DNA of 62,923 nt, counting the filler. It is 4 parts of 4 records of this genome, joined end to end, with 100 filler letters (N's around TTAATTAATTAA, not from the genome) between each part and the next. Parts side by side here need not be neighbours in the genome. Positions count along the whole stretch, not along the records: positions 29,266 to 56,149 come from SRR20825010_3656; 3 more parts are not named here. The stretch is one strand, 5' to 3'. Both the position numbers and the translations under genes were made by a program. The notes under the pieces were generated by a model. The model worked only from the letters and a program-made list of their open reading frames with translations, was not told where the DNA came from and searched no databases. Positions within the stretch are counted from its first letter, which is position 1, and the number at the start of each line of letters is the position of its first letter. Positions 31,600 through 40,886 of this stretch are shown here, piece after piece.

Positions 31600-32202
31600 A
31601 TGACCGATTCCCTCGACCAGATTCACGATTTCCTGCCCTGCAAAACGCCACAGCGATGGATTGAAAACGCCCTGGCCAATCAGGACCTGATGCTGATTGA
31701 TCATGCCCATTGTGAGAAAAAAGCAGCGTCCACGGCGCTGAGTTTGATGTATCGCTATGTGGATAACACCGACCTGCTCAACAGGATGTCGCGTCTTGCG
31801 CGGGAAGAGTTGCGTCATTTCGAGCAGGTGCTGGCTATCATGAAAAAGCGGGGGGTGAGTTATGGTCACCTGAGCCCGGCTCGATATGCAGCCGGGTTGC
31901 GGCAGGAAGTACGCACAGAAGATCCCGGTCGGCTGGTGGATGTGCTGATCGTGGGTGCCATTATCGAGGCCCGTTCCTGCGAGCGGTTCGCGGCGCTGGC
32001 ACCGCATCTGGATGCAACACTGTCAGATTTCTACACCGGGCTGCTGAAGTCCGAAGCCCGACACTACCGTGACTACCTGACATTAGCCGAGCAGGCCGCA
32101 GGAAACTCGGTGGAGGATCGGGTTGCGACCTTCCTCGCGCTGGAGCAACAACTGATTGAGACACCGGACACCGAGTTCCGGTTCCATAGCGGGCCAGTCT
32201 GA
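31600..32202 (+). CDS. miaE: tRNA-(ms2io6A37) hydroxylase
   Basis: DHAHCEKKAA, REELRHFEQV, IEARSCERF, SEARH di-iron motifs. Confidence 0.95.
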   Translation: MTDSLDQIHDFLPCKTPQRWIENALANQDLMLIDHAHCEKKAASTALSLMYRYVDNTDLLNRMSRLAREELRHFEQVLAIMKKRGVSYGHLSPARYAAGLRQEVRTEDPGRLVDVLIVGAIIEARSCERFAALAPHLDATLSDFYTGLLKSEARHYRDYLTLAEQAAGNSVEDRVATFLALEQQLIETPDTEFRFHSGPV

Positions 32203-32215
32203 CTTTAGAGTGGAA

Positions 32216-33151
32216 TCAAGAAGATTTCCTGTCGTACAACAGGCCGCGCTCCTCAGGAAGCGGTGGATCCTGAAGTTGTTCGCACAGGTCAATCCAGCGG
32301 TCGATGCCGGCGCTCCGATACTTCTGTTTGTGCAGTATGAAATAGAAGGTTCGGTCGAACTGTCGTTCCTCCGGAACCTTCAACGGTACGAGGCTGCCCC
32401 GCCTGAACGCATCGGCAAGGCACACCCGTGACAGGCAGCCGATCCCAAGGTTGGCTTCCACCGCGCGTTTAATCGCCTCGGTATGCTCGAGTTCCAGCAG
32501 TATGTCCAGGTCTGGCAGCAGGCCGTGCATGCCACGCTCAAAGGTCTGCCGGGTGCCGGACCCCTGCTCACGCATCACCCAGGTTGCCGAGCGAAGGTCC
32601 GCATCCGAAAGCCTACCCTTCCGGGCAAACGGATGGTCCGGGGAACAAAAGACCACCAGCTCGTCTCCTCGCCAGGGTATAACCTCCAGCTCAGAGGATT
32701 GCAGTTCACCTTCAATCAGCCCGATGTCGAGTTCAAAATCCTTGACGCGCTGGGCTATGGTGCGGGTGTTGGCCACTTCAAGCGCCACTTTCGGGTGGGT
32801 AGGGGTATTCATGTATTGGGCCATGACGCCAACAGCCAGATAGTTACCAATAGTGAGGGTAGCGCCGACTTTCACGGCGCCGACTTCAGTATGCTTGCTG
32901 AACGCCTGTTCCAGTTCCCCGGCCTGGGCCAGCAAAGCCTCGACCTTTGGCCGATAGAGACGGCCGAGCTCATTGAGCTGCAGTCGTTTTCCGACCCGGT
33001 CGAAGAGCTGGATGTCGAACTGGCTCTCCAGTTCTTTCAGGGCGCTACTGGCCGCGGACTGAGACATGGCCAGGGAATCCGCCGCACGGGTGATGTTCTG
33101 GAAGTGCGCCGCAGCCAGGAAGACCTCGAGTTGGCGGAAGCTAAACTTCAT
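32216..33151 (-). CDS. finR: LysR-family regulator, FinR-like
   Basis: LysR HTH; divergent from fpr as in the pseudomonad finR-fpr locus. Confidence 0.8.
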   Translation of the reverse strand: MKFSFRQLEVFLAAAHFQNITRAADSLAMSQSAASSALKELESQFDIQLFDRVGKRLQLNELGRLYRPKVEALLAQAGELEQAFSKHTEVGAVKVGATLTIGNYLAVGVMAQYMNTPTHPKVALEVANTRTIAQRVKDFELDIGLIEGELQSSELEVIPWRGDELVVFCSPDHPFARKGRLSDADLRSATWVMREQGSGTRQTFERGMHGLLPDLDILLELEHTEAIKRAVEANLGIGCLSRVCLADAFRRGSLVPLKVPEERQFDRTFYFILHKQKYRSAGIDRWIDLCEQLQDPPLPEERGLLYDRKSS

Positions 33152-33270
33152 AATCGATAATTCCGAATAAGGTTATGAAAATATCCCATTTTGTCGATAG
33201 GTTACCCTTGGGTTACTATTTACACAATGATTTTTACTTATTTGCTAACGGCTAACGAACGGGCGATACC

Positions 33271-34041
33271 ATGAGCAACCTGAATAAAGAGCGTGTAACA
33301 AGTGTTCGTCACTGGAACGACACACTCTTCAGCTTCACCACCACCCGTGATCCGGGGTTCCGGTTCAAGAATGGCCACTTCACAATGATTGGCCTGGAAA
33401 CCGATGGTAAGCCGCTGATGCGTGCCTACAGCATCGCCAGTGCCAACTATGAAGAGGAGTTGGAGTTCTTCTCAATCAAGGTTCAGGACGGCCCGCTGAC
33501 GTCACGTCTGCAGAAAATTGAGGTTGGTGACGAGATCATGGTCAGCCGCAAGCCCACCGGTACCCTGATTATGGACAACCTGCTGCCGGGCAAGAATCTC
33601 TGGCTGATCAGCACGGGCACCGGTCTGGCACCTTTTATCAGCATCATCAAGGACCCGGAAGTCTATGAGGCCTTTGATAAAGTCATCGTGACCCATGGCG
33701 TTCGCTACAAGTCCGAGCTGGCGTACCAGTCCGAGATCGAGGAGCTGCCGAATAACGAGTTCTTTGGTGAAATGGTGGATGGCAAGCTGCTTTATTATCC
33801 TACGGTCACCCGTGAGGATTTCCGTAACACTGGGCGTCTGACCGACGCTATGGAAAACGGCAAGCTGACGAAGGACCTGGACCTTCCGGAATTTGACCTG
33901 GAAAATGACCGGTTCATGGTGTGCGGCAGTCCCAGCATGTTGAAAGACACCTGCTCCATCCTCAATAACATGGGGTTCAAGGAAGCACGCCATGGTAACC
34001 TCGGCCACTATGTGATCGAGAGGGCCTTCGTGGAGCAGTAA
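33271..34041 (+). CDS. fpr: Ferredoxin--NADP+ reductase
   Basis: RAYSIAS, GPLTSRL, TGTGLAPF, CGSPSM, C-terminal ERAFVEQ. Confidence 0.96.
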   Translation: MSNLNKERVTSVRHWNDTLFSFTTTRDPGFRFKNGHFTMIGLETDGKPLMRAYSIASANYEEELEFFSIKVQDGPLTSRLQKIEVGDEIMVSRKPTGTLIMDNLLPGKNLWLISTGTGLAPFISIIKDPEVYEAFDKVIVTHGVRYKSELAYQSEIEELPNNEFFGEMVDGKLLYYPTVTREDFRNTGRLTDAMENGKLTKDLDLPEFDLENDRFMVCGSPSMLKDTCSILNNMGFKEARHGNLGHYVIERAFVEQ

Positions 34042-34075
34042 ATCCTCCGCGTCGCCAGGGTTGATCCCAATGTCC

Positions 34076-34110
34076 GCAAAACCCCGAAGTGAGAGCTTCG
34101 GGGTTTTTGC
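34076..34110 (+). terminator. Rho-independent terminator after fpr
   Basis: AAAACCCCGAAG-TGAGAG-CTTCGGGGTTTT. Confidence 0.85.
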
Positions 34111-34142
34111 ATTTTGCGCCAATCTGAAAGGTGAATTGTGGA

Positions 34143-34481
34143 ATGATTCAGTGGTTATATTTGTCGGTGGCTATCGTTGCGGAGGTCATCGGAACCTCCT
34201 TTCTAAAAAGTTCTGAGGGTTTCACCCGTCTGTGGCCGTCGCTGGTTGTGGTGGTGTCCTACATCCTGGCGTTCTACTTCCTGGCGTTGACCCTGAAAAC
34301 CTTGCCAGTGGGAGTGGCATATGCGGTGTGGGCCGGTGCCGGCGTGGCCTTGATTGCGCTGTCGGGCTACCTGTTCTTTGGGCAGACGCTGGACCTTCCC
34401 GCCATCCTCGGCATCGGCCTCATCGTTGCCGGCGTTATGGTAATCAACGTATTCTCAGGCAGTATAGGGTCAACGCATTGA
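34143..34481 (+). CDS. SMR-family small multidrug efflux transporter (EmrE/QacE-like)
   Basis: IVAEVIGT with the conserved TM1 Glu, KSSEGFTRL, PVGVAYAVWAG; four TM helices. Confidence 0.92.
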   Translation: MIQWLYLSVAIVAEVIGTSFLKSSEGFTRLWPSLVVVVSYILAFYFLALTLKTLPVGVAYAVWAGAGVALIALSGYLFFGQTLDLPAILGIGLIVAGVMVINVFSGSIGSTH

Positions 34482-34496
34482 GGCAGAGGTGGATGT

Positions 34497-35606
34497 TTGA
34501 AGAAGGCCATGGTGATTCTGGGTATCGCGCTGCTGGTTGCCGCAATCGCCAGTGTCGCCTCCGATCCGGTACCCATTGAGCAGAAACTGATTTCGATCCA
34601 GGCCCGGGAGGCATTGCCCGGTTTTGATGGTATCGGGGACGAGCCTGTTGACGTCCAGGCCGCCATTCTGGACCTGGGGGACGACCCTCTTCTGCTCCTC
34701 AAGGCCCAGGCAGCTTTGATGGCACACCCTGACATGGCCCGCGCCGTTTTTCCGCTTTATGCGTCCGAGCCGGAATTCCAGGAGGTGTTGCGCACCTATG
34801 GAGAAAACGCCCTGCCGCCGATTCACTACTTCCTTCGCCAGCCCATCAGCTCCATTGAATGGATGAACAAGGCTGCCCGTCAGTATGAACGCGCCCGGGA
34901 CTATATTGCTGAGCTCCGCGGCAAGGACCAGAGCGAACGGACGCCGGAAAAAACGGAGTCTTTGACGCCCGAACAGCGAGGCTGGTACGCAGTGAACTTC
35001 ATCCGCAACGAGGGCCACGATTTTCTCGGGCAATTCGTGGTGGACGGGAATGGTCAGACCCAATGGGTACAGACCGAGAGGATTACGGAAGGGGTTGCCC
35101 AGTTCTTCACCAGCGGCGTGCGACAGTTGGAGGCGGATTATCGAACTGGAGAAGACATCTCCGCCAGTGACATAGGCTGGGCATCGGTGGATGTGTTGGT
35201 GTTTGCCAGTGCCGTAAAGGTACTTCGGGCCGGTCGCACGGCGGCAAAGGCGACCCAGGGCGCCAGGCTTTCAACACGCTCGGCGGCATTGGCTGCCCGT
35301 ATTACCGGTAGCGGGCGGCTGATTCTCCGTAGCGCCCGCTATGCGAAGTGGCCCCTGATCATTGGCGCTGGCTACCTGGTGGTCGCCCACCCCAGCATCA
35401 TCAACGACTTTTTTGCCGGGGTGGCCGATGTACTGGGTGTCTCCCCAATGATGGTCCAGCTCGCGGGCTGGTTGCTGATCCTAGTGCCGCTGTTCTATCT
35501 GGCAAGCTGGTTACTTTGGCCGGCCATCGCGCTGTTGAAGGGGCTGCTTGCGCTGCTCTACCGGCTCGCTGGCCACAGGCCCGGTTATTTTTCCGGCCTT
35601 CAGTAG
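34497..35606 (+). CDS. Hypothetical membrane protein
   Basis: 369-aa ORF with signal/TM N-terminus, soluble middle and hydrophobic C-terminus; no family recognised. Confidence 0.7.
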   Translation: MKKAMVILGIALLVAAIASVASDPVPIEQKLISIQAREALPGFDGIGDEPVDVQAAILDLGDDPLLLLKAQAALMAHPDMARAVFPLYASEPEFQEVLRTYGENALPPIHYFLRQPISSIEWMNKAARQYERARDYIAELRGKDQSERTPEKTESLTPEQRGWYAVNFIRNEGHDFLGQFVVDGNGQTQWVQTERITEGVAQFFTSGVRQLEADYRTGEDISASDIGWASVDVLVFASAVKVLRAGRTAAKATQGARLSTRSAALAARITGSGRLILRSARYAKWPLIIGAGYLVVAHPSIINDFFAGVADVLGVSPMMVQLAGWLLILVPLFYLASWLLWPAIALLKGLLALLYRLAGHRPGYFSGLQ

Positions 35607-36334
35607 AGGGTTCCCACTAAAAGCCCCCCGACAATCAGAGCGGCGCCGGTGATCCGGCTAAACGTTTGCGGCCAGGGCACCAGTTTCTCCGCCAGGAAAT
35701 AGAGCGCAAGCACTGCTATCCAGGCCAGGTTCATCACTCCGCCGACGAACATTAGCAGCATCAGCGCCCAGCAGCAGCCGGTGCAGAAGGCGCCATGGCG
35801 GGCTCCCATTGTAAAGGCACCGATTGCGCCGTCGCGCCATTCCGTCATCAGGAAGGTTATGGGTGACTGGCATCTGCTCAAGCAAGCTTGTTTTAGAGAG
35901 CTGAACTGGAAAGCCCCAGCGACAACCAGCAGGCAGCCCCCGAGAAGTGGTTCCAGATGCCCCATTGCCGAGGTCATCAGGGTGTTGGCGTGCAATGCCC
36001 ATTGAGCCACGGCTGCGACCGCGCCGAAGGCGGCCCAGACGGCAAGGTACCCGGCCATGAAAAGCCAGGTTGGTACCGCGGCCTTCTCGAGCTGGCGCCG
36101 GCGCTGGTGAACCCGGATATAGGTCATGATCATCGGGGCCGCACCCGGAAGCATCATGGCGGCCATCATCACCATCCACATGACGGTGCCAAGACCGAGG
36201 AATGACAGACCTGAACTGGCCGCCATAGTCATTGGCATGGCCATATAGGCCCATGCCAATGCGGTCAGAATCCCCAGGGAGGCGCCAATGGCTGCACGCT
36301 CCCACGAATGAATCTTAGCCATTGTCAGTTCCAT
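35600..36334 (-). CDS. DUF2182-like Met/Cys-rich integral membrane protein (putative metal binding)
   Basis: WMVMMAAMMLP, KQACLSRCQSP, GAFCTGCCWALMLLMFVGGVMNL; GAGGTG RBS before ATG 36334. Confidence 0.85.
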   Translation of the reverse strand: MELTMAKIHSWERAAIGASLGILTALAWAYMAMPMTMAASSGLSFLGLGTVMWMVMMAAMMLPGAAPMIMTYIRVHQRRRQLEKAAVPTWLFMAGYLAVWAAFGAVAAVAQWALHANTLMTSAMGHLEPLLGGCLLVVAGAFQFSSLKQACLSRCQSPITFLMTEWRDGAIGAFTMGARHGAFCTGCCWALMLLMFVGGVMNLAWIAVLALYFLAEKLVPWPQTFSRITGAALIVGGLLVGTLY

Positions 36335-36362
36335 CGAAATCACCTCAGGTGTCTCTCCGTTG

Positions 36363-36968
36363 TCAGGGGCCGGCGTATTCGAATGGGGAGTAGAGCGCTG
36401 TCCGCGCGCTCATATCCAGATCGATGCCGTGATTCCGATGGCGCAAACTCCGTGACTTCGCAACGACCAGTGAGTGGCCCGGAGCGACGGCCAGTGGGTG
36501 GTTGTCGATCGTGACCTTGCGTCCATTCTGGCCTTCGATCGCTTTGACATCGGCTTCATAGGACGAGCCGATGGTCAGATGCCGCCCGCCGTCATCAACG
36601 GAAAACCCGATGGGCTGTCTCTCGACAGCAAGAACGTCTCCGATCATGGAGGCCAGCAGTTCCGGGTGGCCGCCGGCCTTGCCGCCGAAGATATTGCCAA
36701 GCGCTTCCTGCTGTTGCTCATCGGCGCGTTGGTCGAGGTACAACACAACTTTCCAGTTGCCTTCTGCCATGGGCCCCGGGGCGTTGAGCGCAAGCGCAAT
36801 GTTCAGATCATCAAGCGCCACCTCGCCGTAAGCTCCTTTCTTGATGTGCCAGCCTACCAGGGCCGAGCAGTCGCCTTCTGTCGGTGGCTCCAGGTAAATG
36901 CATGGGCAAGCGCCTTTGCATGTGCAACTTTCAAGATAGTCACCCTGAATTTGCCATTGGGTGCTCAT
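36363..36968 (-). CDS. DUF1326-like Cys-rich protein
   Basis: WQIQGDYLESCTCKGACPC..GDC, DQRADEQQQEAL..IFGGKAGG; AAGGAGG RBS. Confidence 0.85.
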   Translation of the reverse strand: MSTQWQIQGDYLESCTCKGACPCIYLEPPTEGDCSALVGWHIKKGAYGEVALDDLNIALALNAPGPMAEGNWKVVLYLDQRADEQQQEALGNIFGGKAGGHPELLASMIGDVLAVERQPIGFSVDDGGRHLTIGSSYEADVKAIEGQNGRKVTIDNHPLAVAPGHSLVVAKSRSLRHRNHGIDLDMSARTALYSPFEYAGP

Positions 36969-37048
36969 CGTCGCCTCCTTACTCAAATTGAGGGTTGGTG
37001 TGCGGTTACTGCTATTGTCAGTTATAGCCCTGAATAGGTGTTTTGAGG

Positions 37049-37077
37049 TGATGAGGGGATGAGAATATCGTGAGAAT
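37049..37077. promoter_or_regulatory. 11-bp-phased direct repeats, candidate operator
   Basis: TGAGAAT at 37060 and 37071, plus a partial TGA at 37049, in the divergent intergenic region. Confidence 0.45.
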
Positions 37078-37096
37078 GTAGCGGAGGGAGACGATC

Positions 37097-39082
37097 ATGC
37101 CGCAACGGATGTCCGACATACTGGCGGCCCGGGCTCACCGGACGTTTGTAGGGCGCGATACAGAGCTTGGCGCCCTGGAAACCATGTTGATGCCAAAGGG
37201 GCCGAGGGTGTTACACGTTCACGGTATCGCCGGCATTGGTAAGTCCGCGTTGCTGGCGCGTTTCGCAACGATTGCCCGGGCCGGAGGAGCAACGGTTATC
37301 CTGCTTGATTGTCGCCATGTGGAGCCTACTGAGCAGGGTGTGCTCGGGGCGCTCGCGGAGGCCATTGGTGACACAGGATCGCGTGCCGGGGACATCGCTG
37401 ATCGGTTGGGAGAGCTGGGCGGCGCTGTTGTACTGGCCTTCGATACCTTTGAAGTATTCAGGCTTCTGGATACCTGGTTGAGGCAGGTGTTCATTCCGCT
37501 ATTGCCCGAAAACGTAAGGGTGGTTCTGGTGGGGCGACAGCCGCCTACCTCAGCCTGGTACGCGAGCCCGGGATGGGGGTGGTTAATGCGGGCTGTCCCG
37601 GTTTCCTCGTTGACCGACACAGAGGCGGAGAACTTCCTGCAGGGCCTGGGCCTGGAGCAGGCGGACATATCCCTGATCGCCCGCTGTACTCATGGCCATC
37701 CGTTGGCGTTGAAGCTCGCTGCGGCAGCCGTGAGGGAGGCCTCGCCGGAGCAATGGCCCACCGGTGCGCCCTTGCAGCGCGCCCTTGATGAACTCACACA
37801 GATTTTTCTTGAGGATGTTGGCGATGAGGTTACCCGGCAGGTGCTTGAGGGGGCGGCCGTTGTCCGCCGGGTAACCCTGTCGCTACTGCAAGCGCTGTTT
37901 CCGGATGTGCCGCCCCAGGATGCCTGGGAGAGGCTGCGTCGCTTGCCCATTGTGGTTGGCGCCAGCGATGGTCTGTTGATCCACGATGCGGTGCGAGAGG
38001 CCATTGCGCGTTCCCTGCATGCGAGTGATCCGGCGCGCTATCTCGAATACCGCCGTAAAGCCTGGCGGCAATTGGCGACAGAGGCGGGCGTTGCCGGTGG
38101 CGGTGATCTCTGGCGATACACCGCCGACATGCTGTTCATGATTGAAAACCCAGTGGTGCGGGAAGCGTTCTTCCCGAGTGGTTCCCCCGCGTTCGCCGTA
38201 GAGCCGGCCCAGGCAGACGATGGACCTGCGCTGGAGGATATTACCCATACCTGGGAGGGAAGTGAGGCCGCCGGAGCTTTGATGGCGTGGTGGCGTCGTT
38301 TGCCCCAGGCATTCTCATCGGTCCGGGACGGTGAGGGCCGCATGGTAGGTTTCTACGGCAAGCTCCGTTCGGACGAGCTCCAGCCGGCCTGGCTGCTGGA
38401 CGACCCGATAGCTGGCCAGTGGTATTCCCATCTCAAACAACATCCCATGCCCCGGGATGCCATTGCCCTGTTTTGCCGCCGCTGGTTGAGCATTGATGAC
38501 GGAGACTCTCCGGGTGACGTACAGGCAGCGGTTTGGCTGGACCTGAAACGTGCCTACATGGAGCTCAGGCCCAGACTTCGCCGTGTTTACCTGACGGTCC
38601 GGGATATGGGCGCCTACGCTGCTGTCGCCAGACGGTTGGGTTTTGAAGTGCTGGAAGATCACACCGTTGTGTTGGATGGCCGACGCTACCATTCTGCCGT
38701 GCTCGATTTTGGCCCCGCCTCGGTGGACGGCTGGCTGGCGGACCTTGCAGCTGCGGAGCTTGGCGTTCGGCGTGGGAACGAACTGTTGGACCCGGACGCC
38801 CGGGAACTGGTACTCGAAACGGGCAGGGTAGCTCTGACGCCACTGGAATTCGGTGTCATGCGTTACCTGAATGCTCGTGAGGGCAAGGCCGTGTCGCGCA
38901 GTGAACTGTTGCGGGATGTATGGGGGACGCGATACGAGGGTGGCAGCAACGTGGTTGACGCGGTGGTTCGCACTTTGCGCAAGAAACTGGGGGATCAGGC
39001 TGCCCGGGTCGAAACCGTGTCTGGCGTCGGGTATCGGCTACGGCCAGGTGGGCAGACTAGCGCAGCCAGTTCCGGAGCTTGA
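37097..39082 (+). CDS. P-loop NTPase (AAA_16/STAND-like) fused to a C-terminal OmpR/PhoB-type winged-helix DNA-binding domain
   Basis: FVGRDTEL, Walker A GIAGIGKS, Walker B VVLAFDTFE, GHPLAL, C-terminal LTPLEF..VSRSELLRDVWG..VDAVVRTLRKKL..ETVSGVGYRL. Confidence 0.9.
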   Translation: MPQRMSDILAARAHRTFVGRDTELGALETMLMPKGPRVLHVHGIAGIGKSALLARFATIARAGGATVILLDCRHVEPTEQGVLGALAEAIGDTGSRAGDIADRLGELGGAVVLAFDTFEVFRLLDTWLRQVFIPLLPENVRVVLVGRQPPTSAWYASPGWGWLMRAVPVSSLTDTEAENFLQGLGLEQADISLIARCTHGHPLALKLAAAAVREASPEQWPTGAPLQRALDELTQIFLEDVGDEVTRQVLEGAAVVRRVTLSLLQALFPDVPPQDAWERLRRLPIVVGASDGLLIHDAVREAIARSLHASDPARYLEYRRKAWRQLATEAGVAGGGDLWRYTADMLFMIENPVVREAFFPSGSPAFAVEPAQADDGPALEDITHTWEGSEAAGALMAWWRRLPQAFSSVRDGEGRMVGFYGKLRSDELQPAWLLDDPIAGQWYSHLKQHPMPRDAIALFCRRWLSIDDGDSPGDVQAAVWLDLKRAYMELRPRLRRVYLTVRDMGAYAAVARRLGFEVLEDHTVVLDGRRYHSAVLDFGPASVDGWLADLAAAELGVRRGNELLDPDARELVLETGRVALTPLEFGVMRYLNAREGKAVSRSELLRDVWGTRYEGGSNVVDAVVRTLRKKLGDQAARVETVSGVGYRLRPGGQTSAASSGA

Positions 39083-40853
39083 TCACCAGAAGTTCTGCGT
39101 CGGTCAGTGCCTGCCGGCGTTGTAGCAGTTGTGCCAACACAGCCGGTCGGTCGGTAATGATATTGTCCACTCCCATGTCGATGAAACGTGACATCGCCTG
39201 CGGCGTATTGACCGTCCAGACATGCAGTTCGTTGCCAGCACGGTGGGTGCGAGCCACTGTGGCGGGAGTGACACGGTTCTGTCGCAGGCCCAGTATGTCA
39301 AAGTGTTGCTCCCACAGCGGACCAACGATGAATTGTGCCAGCAGGCTGGTTTTAAGCGAAGGCTCCAGTTGTCGCGCTTCGGCCAGGACCCGCCATTCGG
39401 CGGCCGCAATCACCGTGTTCTCCACGGCATCCATGCGCTGCAGCATATGGACCACCTCCCTGGTCAAGTCGGGCGTCTCCGGGGCGGGCTTCAGATCGAG
39501 GTATAGATGGGCTTGTCCTCTGGTGGTTTCAATGACCTGTTCCAGGGTGGCGATTCGCTCATCGCTGAACGCAGGGCCGAACCACGAACCAGCGTCCCGG
39601 GCACGGGCCTCTTCCAGGGTGATATCGGAGATCCTGGCGTTCAGGCCGAAGACACGTCGCATGTCGGTATCGTGCCAAAGCACCGGCACGCCGTCTGCGG
39701 TCATGCGGATATCCACTTCAACGTAGTCGGCGCCATCCTCAATGGCTTGTCTTATGGCGCTCATGGTGTTTTCCGGCGCCTTGAAAGCACTGCCACGATG
39801 GGCAGTGATGGAAACATCGTCCTGGTGGTCGAAGGATTGCAGGACAAACCAGGCCTGGGTGGCGGCCAGGATGATGATTAAAAGCTCGGCCGACCACGCC
39901 AGTGGTGAGGCCCGCCGGGGCAGGGTTTGGGCAGTGCTGTGACGGTGGTGCCCCGTTGCCTGCCTATACACGCTGTATATCAGCATGCTGTAGGCCGCCA
40001 TGCCAGCAAAGGCGGCGGTGAGGGTGAACAGGATATAGAGCGCGATCAGGCCCAGGGTGACGGGCATCAGCACGCCCATTCGCTCCGGCAGGCTCGTTAT
40101 GATCTCGCCTCCCACTGCCTGGAACAGCCATGTAACCACGATGGGGATCAGCGCCAGGCCGACCAGGCCTGCGATGATTGCGCCCATCACAGGCAGGCGC
40201 TGGCCGTGGATATAGCGGCTACTTTGTCTGAGAGCGTCGCGCGCACCTCTGCGCTCCAGCAGGAGCAGGGGAACCGATAGTACCCAGCGCAGATAAAGCC
40301 AGCCGTTACATACGGCGATTCCCAGCGCTGCGACACCAGATATGCCCAGGAACCACCAGACTTCGGGTGGCCGTTCCAGCTTCAGATAGTAGATGTCGTG
40401 GGGTGAGATCAGCCACTGGTAACTCACCACTATGGCCAGCAGGAAAGGCACAGCGATCAGCGCATGGCCGCCCAATTGCAGCAGGGTGAGGGTGAGTAGT
40501 TGTTTGAAACGTCGCGCAAGAGCCCACAGCGTCGCAATGGCTATCCGGTATTCGCGGCCTCCGCCGGAGGCGGCAATCCAGGTCATGCCCGCCTGTTGCA
40601 GGATTACCAGGAGAGCGGTCAGGGTCGCCGTTGTGCTGATCCATAGTAAGCCGCCAGGGGACACCACAAACTGCACCAGCCCACCAGTGCTGATGGCGGC
40701 GTGACCGGTTATCGGCCGAAGCGCTGCCAGGCCGCTGGAAAAGAGCGGCGCAATGGCGGCCAGAACGAGGCCGGTGAAAAACAGATAAAAGACCAACAGC
40801 GCCCGGCGATGAACGTGCAGGAATGCCAGAGTGTGCAGTGCAAGAATCTTCAT
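39057..40853 (-). CDS. Glycerophosphodiester phosphodiesterase with N-terminal multi-TM domain
   Basis: TAHRGS..PENT, VEVDIRMTADG..HD, VWTVN, GVDNIITDRP. Confidence 0.92.
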   Translation of the reverse strand: MKILALHTLAFLHVHRRALLVFYLFFTGLVLAAIAPLFSSGLAALRPITGHAAISTGGLVQFVVSPGGLLWISTTATLTALLVILQQAGMTWIAASGGGREYRIAIATLWALARRFKQLLTLTLLQLGGHALIAVPFLLAIVVSYQWLISPHDIYYLKLERPPEVWWFLGISGVAALGIAVCNGWLYLRWVLSVPLLLLERRGARDALRQSSRYIHGQRLPVMGAIIAGLVGLALIPIVVTWLFQAVGGEIITSLPERMGVLMPVTLGLIALYILFTLTAAFAGMAAYSMLIYSVYRQATGHHRHSTAQTLPRRASPLAWSAELLIIILAATQAWFVLQSFDHQDDVSITAHRGSAFKAPENTMSAIRQAIEDGADYVEVDIRMTADGVPVLWHDTDMRRVFGLNARISDITLEEARARDAGSWFGPAFSDERIATLEQVIETTRGQAHLYLDLKPAPETPDLTREVVHMLQRMDAVENTVIAAAEWRVLAEARQLEPSLKTSLLAQFIVGPLWEQHFDILGLRQNRVTPATVARTHRAGNELHVWTVNTPQAMSRFIDMGVDNIITDRPAVLAQLLQRRQALTDAELLVIKLRNWLR

Positions 40854-40886
40854 TCAGGTAGCCGTTCCCATATCGAAGTTTCAAGC

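Noticed and set aside
37097-39082. Avs-type antiphage STAND defence system
   Set aside because: No nuclease, TIR or SIR2 effector and no TPR sensor; the C-terminal DNA-binding domain and divergent layout indicate a transcription regulator.
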